Source: Oculina patagonica (lineage: Eukaryota). Taken from it: a stretch of DNA of 64,000 bases. The stretch's first letter is position 1; each line of letters opens with the position of its first letter. The position numbers were made by a program, and so were the translations under genes. This document shows, piece by piece, positions 25,906-37,652 of the stretch. The stretch covers positions 51,026,001 through 51,090,000 of the forward strand of contig NC_135761.1 of assembly GCF_052425735.1 (NCBI RefSeq), written 5' to 3'. A model generated the notes under the pieces. That model was not told the DNA's origin. It was given only the letters and a program-made list of their open reading frames with translations, and did no database searches.

Positions 25906-26955
25906 ATGAAATCTTCCATTTTCCTTGCTGTCTTGTGGAGTGTCATGCAGTGGAGCACTGCTCATGCGTGCTGCAACTGTGACTCTGAAATCGTAAGTTA
26001 CCTCCATTCTTTATATGCTCTTGGGTGGGTGAAAACAAAACAGTACCTTTGAAGAAACTTTTAGTTCGTTTGCTCCAATTGCTTAGAACAAATTGCACGA
26101 GCATACCTTTTCACTTACTTAAAATATCATCAAACGCATTTCTTAGCAAGCACGTGATTAATGTCGACGCAGCTCTACTAACTACTAATTTACTACGGTC
26201 AATTTATTTGAGTTGGTGTATTCGTTTTTCAGGTTCCCAGGGGTTGTAACAGCCTGGAGCCCAACGCAGTAAGCGGCGTGTATAAAATTCAACCACTGCC
26301 GAATACCGACCCCATTTTAGTGTACTGCGAGTTGGCTAGTGAAATCATTGGAGGGGGTGGCGCCTTCACATTCCTTCCTCGCAGCCTCACAAGAAGATCA
26401 GACGCCCAGTTGATTGTCAACGCGCTATTCAGGGACAGGAAAAATGTCTTGCTTAAGTTGCAGAAAAAGGGCGACCGTAGTGAGCATTACACTCTGATCC
26501 AGCCCCATCCAAATTTCGCCAACGTTAATTTCGGAATGAGGGTCAACCGCTTCGATGGTTACACTAGACCACAGAACGACTTCATGAAAGATTACATCTT
26601 CCTAGGGATCCTGCCAGCATCAACTGCAAGGCACAAAAACATCCAAGGCTTCAAATCCAACGGGGCGAACATCCAGTTTCGCAATTGTGACGCAAATCCA
26701 AACAGCTTGTTTGCCTTCCTTCCAAACCATAATCACCAAACCCCGAGCAGTTACCATGGTTCCAACCTGGTATACGAAGACCGTGGTGTCGCAGTTGCAT
26801 GGCGTCAACAAGCCAAAGACATCACAGATCCTGATCGCATGATGCCAAACGAGTTCTTCTTCTTTACAGAGCTGCATTTTGGAGGCTGTGGCTGTTACAC
26901 CTCTAGCAATCGCTGGAAGGATGGCTTTCATGCCACTGCCATTGGAATTCGATAA
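25906..26955 (+). CDS. Cluster gene B1, short form: signal peptide + CCNC + fibrinogen-like-start/uncharacterised domain, 269 aa; join(25906..25992,26233..26955)
   Basis: MKSSIFLAVLWSVMQWSTAHACCNCDSEI|VPRGCNSLEPNAVSGVYKI..; phase-0 GT/AG intron; ATG directly follows a poly-T-CAG acceptor, implying a non-coding first exon. Confidence 0.85.
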
Positions 26956-29372
26956 AAAATAATTAGCTTTCCTTTTCCCGCTTGTTTGTGAATGAGATAA
27001 CAATTAAGTTTAAATAGCGTAGAGAGTAGCTTGTTTTGTAATCACGTAATTGACGTACCTTTTGAAAATTTGAATTTCCGTTTTTAAGACTGATTGCTTT
27101 GCTTTAACATATCAACACGATGTGTTCTGCATCAACCTTGCTAAGAAACTTGGCTCCTCTCAAAAAGATAAATAACGCAGTTGTTTAGTCGACGTTCATA
27201 ACTCAATGTCAATGCAAGCGTCACGAAAGGCTAAATGAAATCGACCAAGGTGATATAGCATTAAGTTCGGAATGAAAATGGATGGGCAAATAAACCAAAA
27301 TTAATTTTGTGCCTTTTTTAATTAAGGAGCCTTACTTTGAGCAAGTGAAAGAGTGGGGACCTTAAACTCCGGTTACCGTACTACGAGTGTTGCTTCTTCC
27401 CTGGATAAAATGTCCTTCCATTGCAGGCTTCCTGCCTGGTCCTTTTTTCTGGTTTCCCTGGTATTCATTTGATACGCCTTTGTGGAAAGTGGCATTGCGA
27501 GATTAAAACGTGTCGATCCATCTTTTTATCTTTTTCCCTCTTTTGAACTAAAGAATTACTTGTAGCATGGCGTATAAGGTCTTTTTGGGGCCGTTACCTG
27601 TAGAGACTATCGCCAAATTCTCAAAAACCCAATTTGAACAGGCAAACAAACATTCTCTTCCACTTCGAATACGAATGAACAGAAATCTAAATGTTTGGCG
27701 TTTTTCCCATTCTTTTTTTTTTCTCCCCCTTTCTCTTTGGCCTGTCATGTCGGGTCGAGTATAGCGAACATTTTTGACAAAAAAGTGTAAATGGTAGGGA
27801 AGGATATCAGGGTCTAATGTGCGTATCTCCAGCCCAATTCAACCATGCATCGTACTCGTTGTACGCAAGCTTTGCTGATTATGAAGAACATTATGTTTCG
27901 AAAATGGAACACGGCAATTGTCGCTCATCGCGCATTTTCGGAGCTTTCGCAGTCAATTGCTTATAAATGTCTTTCATTTGCTACACGTAGCGGCATCGTA
28001 GAGCGGAAACCAAGCCATTATCTTTATTTTGATCACAAAATGAAAAAGTTTAAACTCAAATAATTAGTAAAAAATGGTTGCCGGCCTCGTTTTATTTTCT
28101 GGCATGTTTATTTACCTAAGAAGAGCACTTTGGAACTGTGATAATAAGGTCTGCTCGCGTCATCACAAAGGTTACTGTAACAACTCGATCAGACTCCAAT
28201 GACTAATGCATGTTTAATAAATTGAAATGAAATGAATACTTTTTCAAAACCAGAAACGATGCAAAGCTGTTTTAATATTTTAACATATTTTTTTTGTCAA
28301 CTTTCACTTGCGGTTGGCTTAATACAAACACTAATATTTCTCACTGGTAACTTGGTTGGTTAAAAAATCAACTTCCAAGCTCACAAACAGTGCAACACGA
28401 AGGCTCATAATGTTCGATGTAGAAATTCTAAAAAATAATGGAATAAAAAACTGCAAATATATTCGTTGTTTTAGGGGACACGCTGCTCTGAGGATATCAC
28501 AAATTGTTTTTTTGTTTTGAACATTGTTTCATTGCTTTTGCGTTCAAAAAAGGTTGTATAACAATACTTTTGTTTTGCAAAATAGAGGGTGTCGCTAGTA
28601 TCTTGATTTTTGCTTGGGGATATAGCGTCCCGTGTTACGTTTTGAGCAAAAGCTCGCACAGTAAAAAGTAAGAACTTAAATTTTAGGAACTTGCCAGGCT
28701 GAAATTCGCAAGTTAGACACCCTCTTTATAGGTACCTCTTTAGCCTAAAATTTGGAAACAGGTTGTTATCTTCCAAAATTGGTAACTCTAAGGGAAATTA
28801 GTTAAATCAACACTATGGTTCCTCTTTAGAGACGCCTACGAGCCTTATCACTCTAGTTGCAATGTAAATGCCATCGTTGAAAATCGTAAAATATTCTTTA
28901 TTGATACAATCACATAAATAAAAATTACATGGTATGCAGTTTTCATTTGAGGAAAAGGCTGAATTCCACTAAAAATTCTATTGGCAACAAAAAATAAGAA
29001 CCTTAATAGCCTTATTAATTTGTGCTAATTACCATTTGTGTAAGAAACTCCTGTTTAGGCTAACTTGGGAGAATGCAGTTTCTTTCTCGCGGGTTTTTAA
29101 TGTATTATGACGGATTATAGTGCCGTAGCTAGGGCTTTTGAAAAAAGTATAGAGCGGTGGAATCTCGTAGTTTAAATGTGCTGTGCCAGTGTAGCCGATC
29201 AGATTGCGAGTTTTGCAACCATCAGAATAAAAAGATCACATGAAATGATTGCGAGCTGGCAGGCCATTTCACGAACGGCGCGTGGAATCCTTTTGTTGAC
29301 ATGATTGTACAATGAAAGCTGTTGTCTACACCAAGAAGATGTCATTTGCTAGCACACTGAAAGGAAATTCCC

Positions 29373-31135
29373 TTAGCGAATTCCAATGGCAGTGGCATTA
29401 AAGCCATCCTTCCAGCGGTTGCTAGACGAGTAGCAGCCGCAACCTCCAAAATGCACCTCTGTCAAGAAGAAGAACTTGTTAGGCATCATGAGGTCAGGAT
29501 TTGGAATGGGAATGCCTTTTGAACGCCAGTTGACAGCGACACCAAGGTCTTCGTAACGCGAGTTCAAAGCATGATTGCTCGGGGTTTGAAGATTATAGTT
29601 TGGCATGAACGCAAATAGGCTGTTTGGATTTGCATCACAGTTGTAAAATTGGATGACGTCTTCGTTGGATCTGAAGCCTTGGTAACTTCTACTTCGTGCG
29701 GCCGATGCTGGAATTATGCCAAGGAAGATGTAATTTTTCATAAACTGACTTCTCGGTTCAGTGTAACCAGAGAAGCTGTTGACCAAAACTCCAAAATCAG
29801 TTTCGGCGAAATTTGGATGGGGCTGAATCAGAGTGTAAGACTCGATACGGTCGACTTTTTTCTTCAACTTGAGCAAAACGTTTTTCTTGTCCTTGAAGAG
29901 GGCGTTCACGATCTGCTGAGAATCTGATCTCAGAGTGAGGCTTCCAGGAAGGAACGTGAATCCACCTCCTTCAATTTCCAGTTCGCAATACACCTCGATG
30001 GCTTCAGCATTCGGCAAAGGATAGATTTTATACATGCCACTCACTGCTGCAGGATCGTAATGTTGAATTTCTTTACAACTTCTGTAACACTGAAAAAAAT
30101 AAAAAAAAATAACAGCTGACTTAAATGTTTCTGTTGAACTTGGCGGGAGAGGGAAAAATTGCTAAGGTATCTAAGATGATGCACATTTAAATTAAAATAA
30201 CGTTTTAAAATTAAAATCGAAAGTTTCTTTGCAACCACAGTATAGGTGATGAAGTTTCTGAATAAGATTATTGCACTTGAGATCATGAAGTCGAGGCCAA
30301 CCAATATCTGTGTTATGTTTTCTTGGTGTATCTCAGGTTACAAGATATTGTTTTTTTGGTATTCGTATAATATGATGTTTCTTAACCAAAGGAGCTTCTT
30401 GAATCAACCGCCGAATGAGACACTGGTGTCCTTGTTGTTAGAAGTGATACGCATTCGCAAATTTCTTATCATTTTGTGTCTAGTTACAGAGATGGCTCAT
30501 TGTTCTTTGAATAGCGTACGCTGTACGCCGCATGGTGTATTTGTGTATAATTTTATCGCATGGCTTTGTGATTTTCAAGAGTAAATGATTTATGTGACAC
30601 AGGAAATAGGCCAAGTGCTCTGTATGACATGTTAAGACTGATGTTGAATAATGTTCTCTAAGCTGTAGTTATTTTTGTTGGTGAGATCTTTGTTAATTGA
30701 ATTTGACGAGTCCACAGTAGTTTTTATTATTTTTCGGGCCTTTGATGGCAATTTTGCTTTGTATTCCAAAAACAATTGCATTAACAAAGAGATGAAATCA
30801 TTATTAATAAAACTAACCTTGTCTTCCCTTATTTGCTGGAACACAAACCCCAACAAGTAGATAAGAGACTTGTCTCTATCACACAAGCCCTCAACTCCAC
30901 AGTCATTCAATTCACACAGACCATTGGCGCCTGCTGATCTTTCGTAGTTGTACGAGATGCATCTTGGTTCATCATGACAGGCCTGAAGACAGTTCAACCA
31001 GTCTCTGACATATAACTGTTGAAAAACATGGCCGACTAAAACATGGTTGATTTCTGTTACCGGTTGAAACGTAGCACTTATTCGCTGAAGAAGTGCCACC
31101 AGCAGTAATTTGACAAAAACAAAGTTCTTGCACAT
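29373..31135 (-). CDS. Cluster gene A1, long form: signal peptide + PAN/Apple + shared domain, 344 aa; complement join(30818..31135,29373..30089)
   Basis: PAN motif CLQACHDEPRCISYNY..LCELN; donor after QIREDK, acceptor before CYRSCKEI; both phase 0. Confidence 0.85.
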
Positions 31136-32103
31136 TACAAAAAACGAAGGTTCAAGTGGTTGAAAGGCAATTTCGTCAACACAGCGAAAAACGCACGAAC
31201 AAAAACAGTTTTGTTTTGACAGCGTTTTCGATTATAACTGTTAATAACACGCACACCTGCTTAGTCAACTCTTATTATTCAATAATCTACTTAAATAAAC
31301 AGAATATTATGGATACTGTGATTGGTCGAACCTGTATGCCTTAAGAAATTAAACTATCTAAAATTGGCTAGATTAACCTCAACTTAGAAAAAAACTAATG
31401 TCACTATTTTGGCTAAGTGCTACTGAAGAGAAAAGATCACTTCGTTTAAGCATTAGGTAACCAGATCATCAGTGAGACTCATTTTCTCTATTTTTAACTT
31501 TGTAATCACTGACTCCTCCTCTGACAGCATTGATTTCTATCAGTCATGAAGAGTGGCTCAGAAACCCAAAGCAATAATCTGAGGGAGCGATTCAAAAAAC
31601 AACAAAATATTTTAACTTTCAGTGGGATAATTTAAGAGGCCCCAATTTAATGAAAATGGTGCAATATGCAATACAAACAGAAGAAAGTGTCTCTTATTCA
31701 AATTAGAAGAAACACGCTTTCACAAGGCAGCTGGTAAATACACATGTTTTTGACAGGAATTAATCAGAAGTCCATGATGTTTTAGTGTAATTATTCGACT
31801 TTCTCGCCAAGCCAATGTCAAAAAACATTAATGAATTATTTTCCTACCGTTGTCAAAGACTTAGAAAGGGCTTTCTATTTTGGATCCAATATTGATGCCT
31901 GCCGCGTGGATCACGAAGAACATGCTGATAGGATGGGAAAAATGTCTGGCAAAATATACTTATTTAAATAAGCAACTTTTGTCCAATTTAGTTATATTTG
32001 TTATGTGTCAGCACATTTGACTTATTGCTTGCTAGATATTGAATAACACTCACTCATCCTCTTCGCTTCTTCTAGTGGAGCAACAAGGCTGCAGATAAGG
32101 CTA

Positions 32104-32346
32104 AAGCCTAGTTTTCACTAGCGACGCAAACACAAGCGCAAGCACAAGCGTAAGGACAACGGTTATAATTTCACCGTGAATACGGCCTCGACGCAAACAA
32201 AAGCACAAACACAATTGAATTTTGATACTTATGCTTGAACTTGTGTCAAGCACAAGCACAAGGGTCTTTTTTTTTTCGTGTTCGCGTGCTTGCGTTTGCG
32301 CTTGCGCTTGTTCTTGCGTCGCTGGTGAATTCCAAAACCAGGCTTA
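32104..32346. mobile_element. MITE with long imperfect TIRs
   Basis: AAGCCTAGTTTTCACTAGCGACGCAA ... TTGCGTCGCTGGTGAA..AACCAGGCTT; a related half copy at ~44640-44746. Confidence 0.7.
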
Positions 32347-34463
32347 ACCTACAAATGTGATAACGTTTTGTTCGGTTCTGATGGGAGGTGGAAACCAATA
32401 ACTTTTCTATAAATTAAAATAGTAAGATAAAGCAGTTTCGAAAGACCTTTTTTGAAATTTTAGTTCTACTCGCAGTTAACTGATAAAAGGTTCACTGTTA
32501 TCTGTTTCGATGTCATTTCCGGTCATCTGGTCACATATAGTATTTTAAAATCCATGGAATGGAAGCTACTAAAAACGTTAACTACGCGAGTTGTTTAAAA
32601 GAATGTTTCAAGGGCCATGTTTGTTTTTCGCCGACGGTTTTGATCTCCCCATTTGCGCAAATTTATTACATCGAACTTAGTCCAGAAAATTTAGAAGCAA
32701 TTGTCACATCTAGAAACTGTGGCAAATACGAGAGAAGCATGTTGAATATAACCCGCATAACAAGTTGTCGTCCGATTTTATGCATGTAATTAACCTGGCG
32801 GGGCCTGGGCCCGGTTCATAATCTGCCTGGGGTTTTGTTTTTTTTGTCGTTTTTTTGTCGGTAAATCGTTCCAGAAGGAGGTCACGGTCACGCAAATTTT
32901 GATGTTTCTGGCGATCGTTCATTAAATTGATATTCAAGCGTTTGGCTCAGGGCTTGAACATTTACGTTGCGATTTGACATGTCCAAACTATTTTTAAATG
33001 AAAATATGAATCATTTTTCGTGTGTTTTGCAAGTGTTTTTGAGTTTATTTTTGGAATCGAAACGAAAATTGCAAACCCAGCAAAAATTTGTCAAGGCACA
33101 GGACACACGTCATCACGGAAAGGGGAATTACCTAGCGAATCTCGCAGTTAGAATTACGTGCTTCGAATCATGCGACTTCCCAAATGCTTCTGAAAGCTGT
33201 TTTTTGGGGGGCAAAATAGCAGTTAAACTTCAAGAACTTGATTTTACAGCTTCTTTAATTTTAACCGAAATCAATTTATGCCATTCAAGTGGTTTGAGTG
33301 TAGTTTGTTTGAGATTCGGAACAATATAAAAATTTGCAAGCCCAGGCAGGAATTTGTTGATGCAAGTTTATTAAAGAAAGGGATGACATGAGTAAGAGAA
33401 TTTTCGCTCACTGCTACAGTTCACGCAAACCCCGTGACTCTTGCAAACCGAGGACTTAAGTCGTCAGACGACGCTAAACGAAGAAATACAACGGGATGGC
33501 CTTAGTCTAGTCTTTATTTTGGCGTGAAATGGACTTCTTTTTAATGTCATTCAACTGGTTTGGGTTTATTTTATTCAACATCCGGAACAAAATAAATACT
33601 GCATGCGTAAGCAGAAATTTATCCGGCAAGGCATGTGGTTTAAAACAAGAGATGACGTGATAAAGAAAATTCATGTCACGCACACTCCGTGACTGACGCA
33701 AACACGGCTTGTGTGTTTCTCAAGTGACTGCTTTTCTAAAGTTTTTTTTTACAAAGCGGCGCCGTGCCTTTCTAGCCAAAAAGCTGAAAGAAGTGGTCCA
33801 ACATTAACCGCCCGGTTATAAACTACTTGAAGTTCTTGTTGCATATAACGGGCCAAAAGAATTGTGATAAGTCCGTTATAAAAGCACCGTATAACATATG
33901 AATTTGGAAAGGTCAGTATAATTGTGTGGCAATCCCTGCCACACAGCCAAACTGACCATACTTCGCTACATTTAAGGACCAGCTGTGATTGTGGAGCTAT
34001 TGATAACATTTCTTAAGCCAACCACATCTCAGCGGTTTAACTGTTCCACGCTACATTATATTGAGTTTTCTTTCCCATGGGTTGTTGTCAATGTCCCTGA
34101 TTGCGAATGATACCCGTTACAACAACAATCAAAGGTCTCTATGAGACTACGACTATTTTGCTATGGTCTATCTGTTGGCTGTCAATTGTGGTATGGAGTA
34201 GTGTTTTGCTAAAGGGTGAAAGACGCTTTTCATGTTGTTTGGGAGTGGAAGTCTTGAAAATAACTTAGCTTACCTGAATACTTTACACTTCCACATCACA
34301 TTCTAAATTAAAACTGAAACCTAGAAGTCAACAACGCGCTGTTTACAAAACTCAACCGCAAATTAAGGAGCCAAAGAAAACCCAATCGAAAACACATTGA
34401 ATATACTGTAGTACAGTTCAGCGGTTCAATACATTCTTCATATATACCCACACCCCCGGCCCA

Positions 34464-36125
34464 CACCGAAAAGAAATCCCTAGAATTGAGAACGCGAATA
34501 AATGATTATTTACTCGTGTTTAGCGAGACTAACGCAATCGATTGTCGCGAATGTGAAAGACTTGTAAAAGTACAAATTAAATATTAGCGCTCCTTTAGTG
34601 TGTTAGACGCTTGTACCAGTCCAAACTTGCGTTCTTACGTTCTTGGTTACATATTAGCGTCGCTTTAGTCTGTGAAAGACTTATACATTGCCTTCAAGTG
34701 TTGGCTGACGCTTTGTTCACCCACACCGAAAAGAAATCCCTTGAATTGAGAACGCGAATAAATGATTATTCACTCGTGTTAAGCGTGACTAACGCAATCG
34801 ATTGTCGCGAAAATATCTGATTTGAGATACTCACGCATAAAAATAATTGTTATATAACGTTTATACATGTGACAAGTCACGTTTTTAACACGAGATAGCA
34901 AGTGTTGACGCAATACTAATGAGATACCCTTTCATCACCCACAGCGGCTAATGGAGTTCAAGTCTAATTTCCGGTCCAAAAATATCGCACGTAGACAAAA
35001 ACAATTGTTATCATGGCGGGTGTTGAGCGCAGGTTGAGCGGAATGAAGTAGAAAGCGAGTTCTTCTAGGTTTTAGAAAATCTCTCAAGAGTTTTGTTCAC
35101 AAAACATTTAAAGACGAACAAAGGGAGTGTATTCGACGAATAGTTTGTGAAAGAAAAGATAATTTCCGTTCTTAATCATTTTAGGTTAAATATTAGCGCC
35201 CGGCTTCAGTGAGTGAGACGCTTGTACTAGTACAACGCTTTAGACTGTGAAACACTGAACCACTCACATTCTCGATTAGTTGTGTCATATCTCATTTGAG
35301 ATACTCACGCATAAAAACAACTGTTATATAACGTTTATACATGTGACAAGTCACGTTTTTAACACGAGATCGCAATTGTTGACGCAATACTAATGAGAGA
35401 CCCTTTCATCACCTACAGCGGAATATGTGACAAGTCACGTCTTTAACACGAGATAGCAAGTGTTGACGCAATACTAATGAGATACCCTTTCATCACCCAC
35501 AGCGGCTAATGGAGTTCAAGTCTAATTTCCGGTCCAAAAATATCGCACGTAGACAAAAACAATTGTTATCATGGCGGGTGTTGAGCGCAGGTTGAGCGGA
35601 ATGAAGTAGAAAGCGAGTTCTTCTAGGTTTTAGAAAATCTCTCAAGAGTTTTGTTCACAAAACATTTAAAGACGAACAAAGGGAGTGTATTCGACGAATA
35701 GTTTGTAAAAGAAAAGATAATTTCCGTTCTTAATCATTTTAGGTTAAATATTAGCGCCCGGCTTCAGTGAGTGAGACGCTTGTACTAGTACAACGCTTTA
35801 GACTGTGAAACACTGAACCACTCACATTCTCGATTAGTTGTGTCATATCTCATTTGAGATACTCACGCATAAAAATAACTGTTATATAACGTTTATACAT
35901 GTGACAAGTCACGTTTTTAACACGAGATCGCAATTGTTGACGCAATACTAATGAGAGACCCTTTCATCACCTACAGCGGAATATGTGACAAGTCACGTCT
36001 TTAACACGAGATCGGAAGTGTTGACGCAATAATAATAAGAGACCCTTTCATCGCCCACTAAGCGGAAAGAACTCCCTTGAGAAATTAAAACAGTCCCTTG
36101 AGAAATTAAAAAAGTCCCTTGAGAG
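34464..36125. repeat. Compound tandem duplication: ~90-bp repeat x2, 558-bp unit x2 plus a partial copy, then CCCTTGAGA short repeats x3
   Basis: 34868-35425 is nearly identical to 35426-35983; the TGTGACAAGTCACG subrepeat occurs five times; 34464-34551 matches 34722-34811. Confidence 0.85.
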
Positions 36126-36488
36126 TAGACAAGAATGTTCCAAATTTTGCCCACATCACTCCTAATCTCCTACTTCTGCTTGTAAACAAGCAAAATAGTC
36201 GAAAAAAGGAATTAAACAACGTTTCAGTATTTGCTCACTAACTTTATTATCACGTCGCGTGTTCCCGCTTTTCCGGTTTACAACATAAAAGAAAAACCCT
36301 TGATTAACTCTCTTTGTAAAGTTATGCTGGCAACATAACTATTACTCAAGGAGTATGATTGTATACGGAATTCAAATCAGCAGCATAGTTTGTTATCTGA
36401 TTAATTCTTTGTTAAATCTAAAAACTATCGACTAACTTTGGCAATCTTATTTTACCAGTCAAGCAGGAATTAGCAGGTGAATTAGCCT

Positions 36489-37652
36489 CTAGCGAACTCC
36501 AATAGAAGTGGCGTGATAGCCATACTTCCTCCAGCGGTCACTAGTGTAACAGCCACAGCCTCCAAAATGCAGCTCAGTCAAGAAGAAGAACTCGTTTGGC
36601 ATCATGCGATCAGGATGTGTGATGGGAATGCCCTTGGAGCGCCAGTCCACTGCAACACCGACGTTTTCATAAATGCTGGAACCACCTACATTGTGCGGGG
36701 TTTGAAGATTATGATTTGGCATGAATGCAAACAGGCTGTTGGGATTTTTGTCGCAATTTTTAAACTGGATGACGTGGCCATTGGATTTAAAGCCTTGGTA
36801 ATTGTTATTCTGTGCGGCTGATTTAGGAATGATCCCGAGAAAGATGTAATCTTTCATGAAGTGGTTCTGTGGTGTAGTATAACCAGTGAAGCTGTTGACC
36901 AGAACTCCAAAATCAGTGTTGGCGAAGGACGGATGAGGCTGGATCAGCGTGTAAGACTCGCTGCGATCGACCTTTTTCTGCAACTTGAGCAGGACGTTTT
37001 TCTTGTCCTTGAAGAGGGCGTCGACAATCTGCTGAGCATCTGGTCTCCTTGTCAGGCTGCGAGGAAGGAAGTTAAAGCCACCTCCACCTATTGCCATCTC
37101 TTAGTACACCTCGATGGGTTCGGCGATTGGTAACGGATGGATCTTGTAAACACCACTTACGGCTTCAGGTACATTGTCTGGAATCTCTTGACAGCTCCTG
37201 TAAACCTAAGAACAACAACAGAAAAACTTAACAAATCTGCCTGTAATGATTTTAACTAAATGAAGTAGATTCACATGAATTGCAACATAGAAAGCGAAAT
37301 TAGAACAAGAGACTCATGGACGTATTGTGACGACTCGATGATAACTCTTCCCTTCAAAGACAGTTACGACTAGGTACTATTGAAAAAGTTTGTAAACGGA
37401 AACATAAGCTTTAATTGTAAACTTAGGGATAGTTCAGTTGGAGGATGGCAGTGGTAAAATGGTATTCATTCACATATTTTTCAAAGTGCTAAAACGAATG
37501 TGATATCTCGTTCCGTTCCAAGGCTTATCAATCCTCCAAAAAGTTTGTGATCCTATGTTACTTACCTTGCCAGAGTTACAGTTGTAGCACGCAATAGCAG
37601 TGGTCCACAATACGAAAGTACACAAGGCGAGAAGAATAAACGAGGAACTCAT
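36489..37652 (-). pseudogene. Cluster gene B2, short form with in-frame TAA replacing the conserved VYC cysteine; complement join(37566..37652,36489..37205)
   Basis: MSSSFILLALCTFVLWTTAIACYNCNSGK|VYRSCQEI..EVY*EMAIGGG; TAA at 37101-37103; rest of the frame intact. Confidence 0.8.

Noticed and set aside
37101-37103. Selenocysteine recoding at the Cys-position stop in B2
   Set aside because: The codon is TAA, not TGA, and no SECIS is evident
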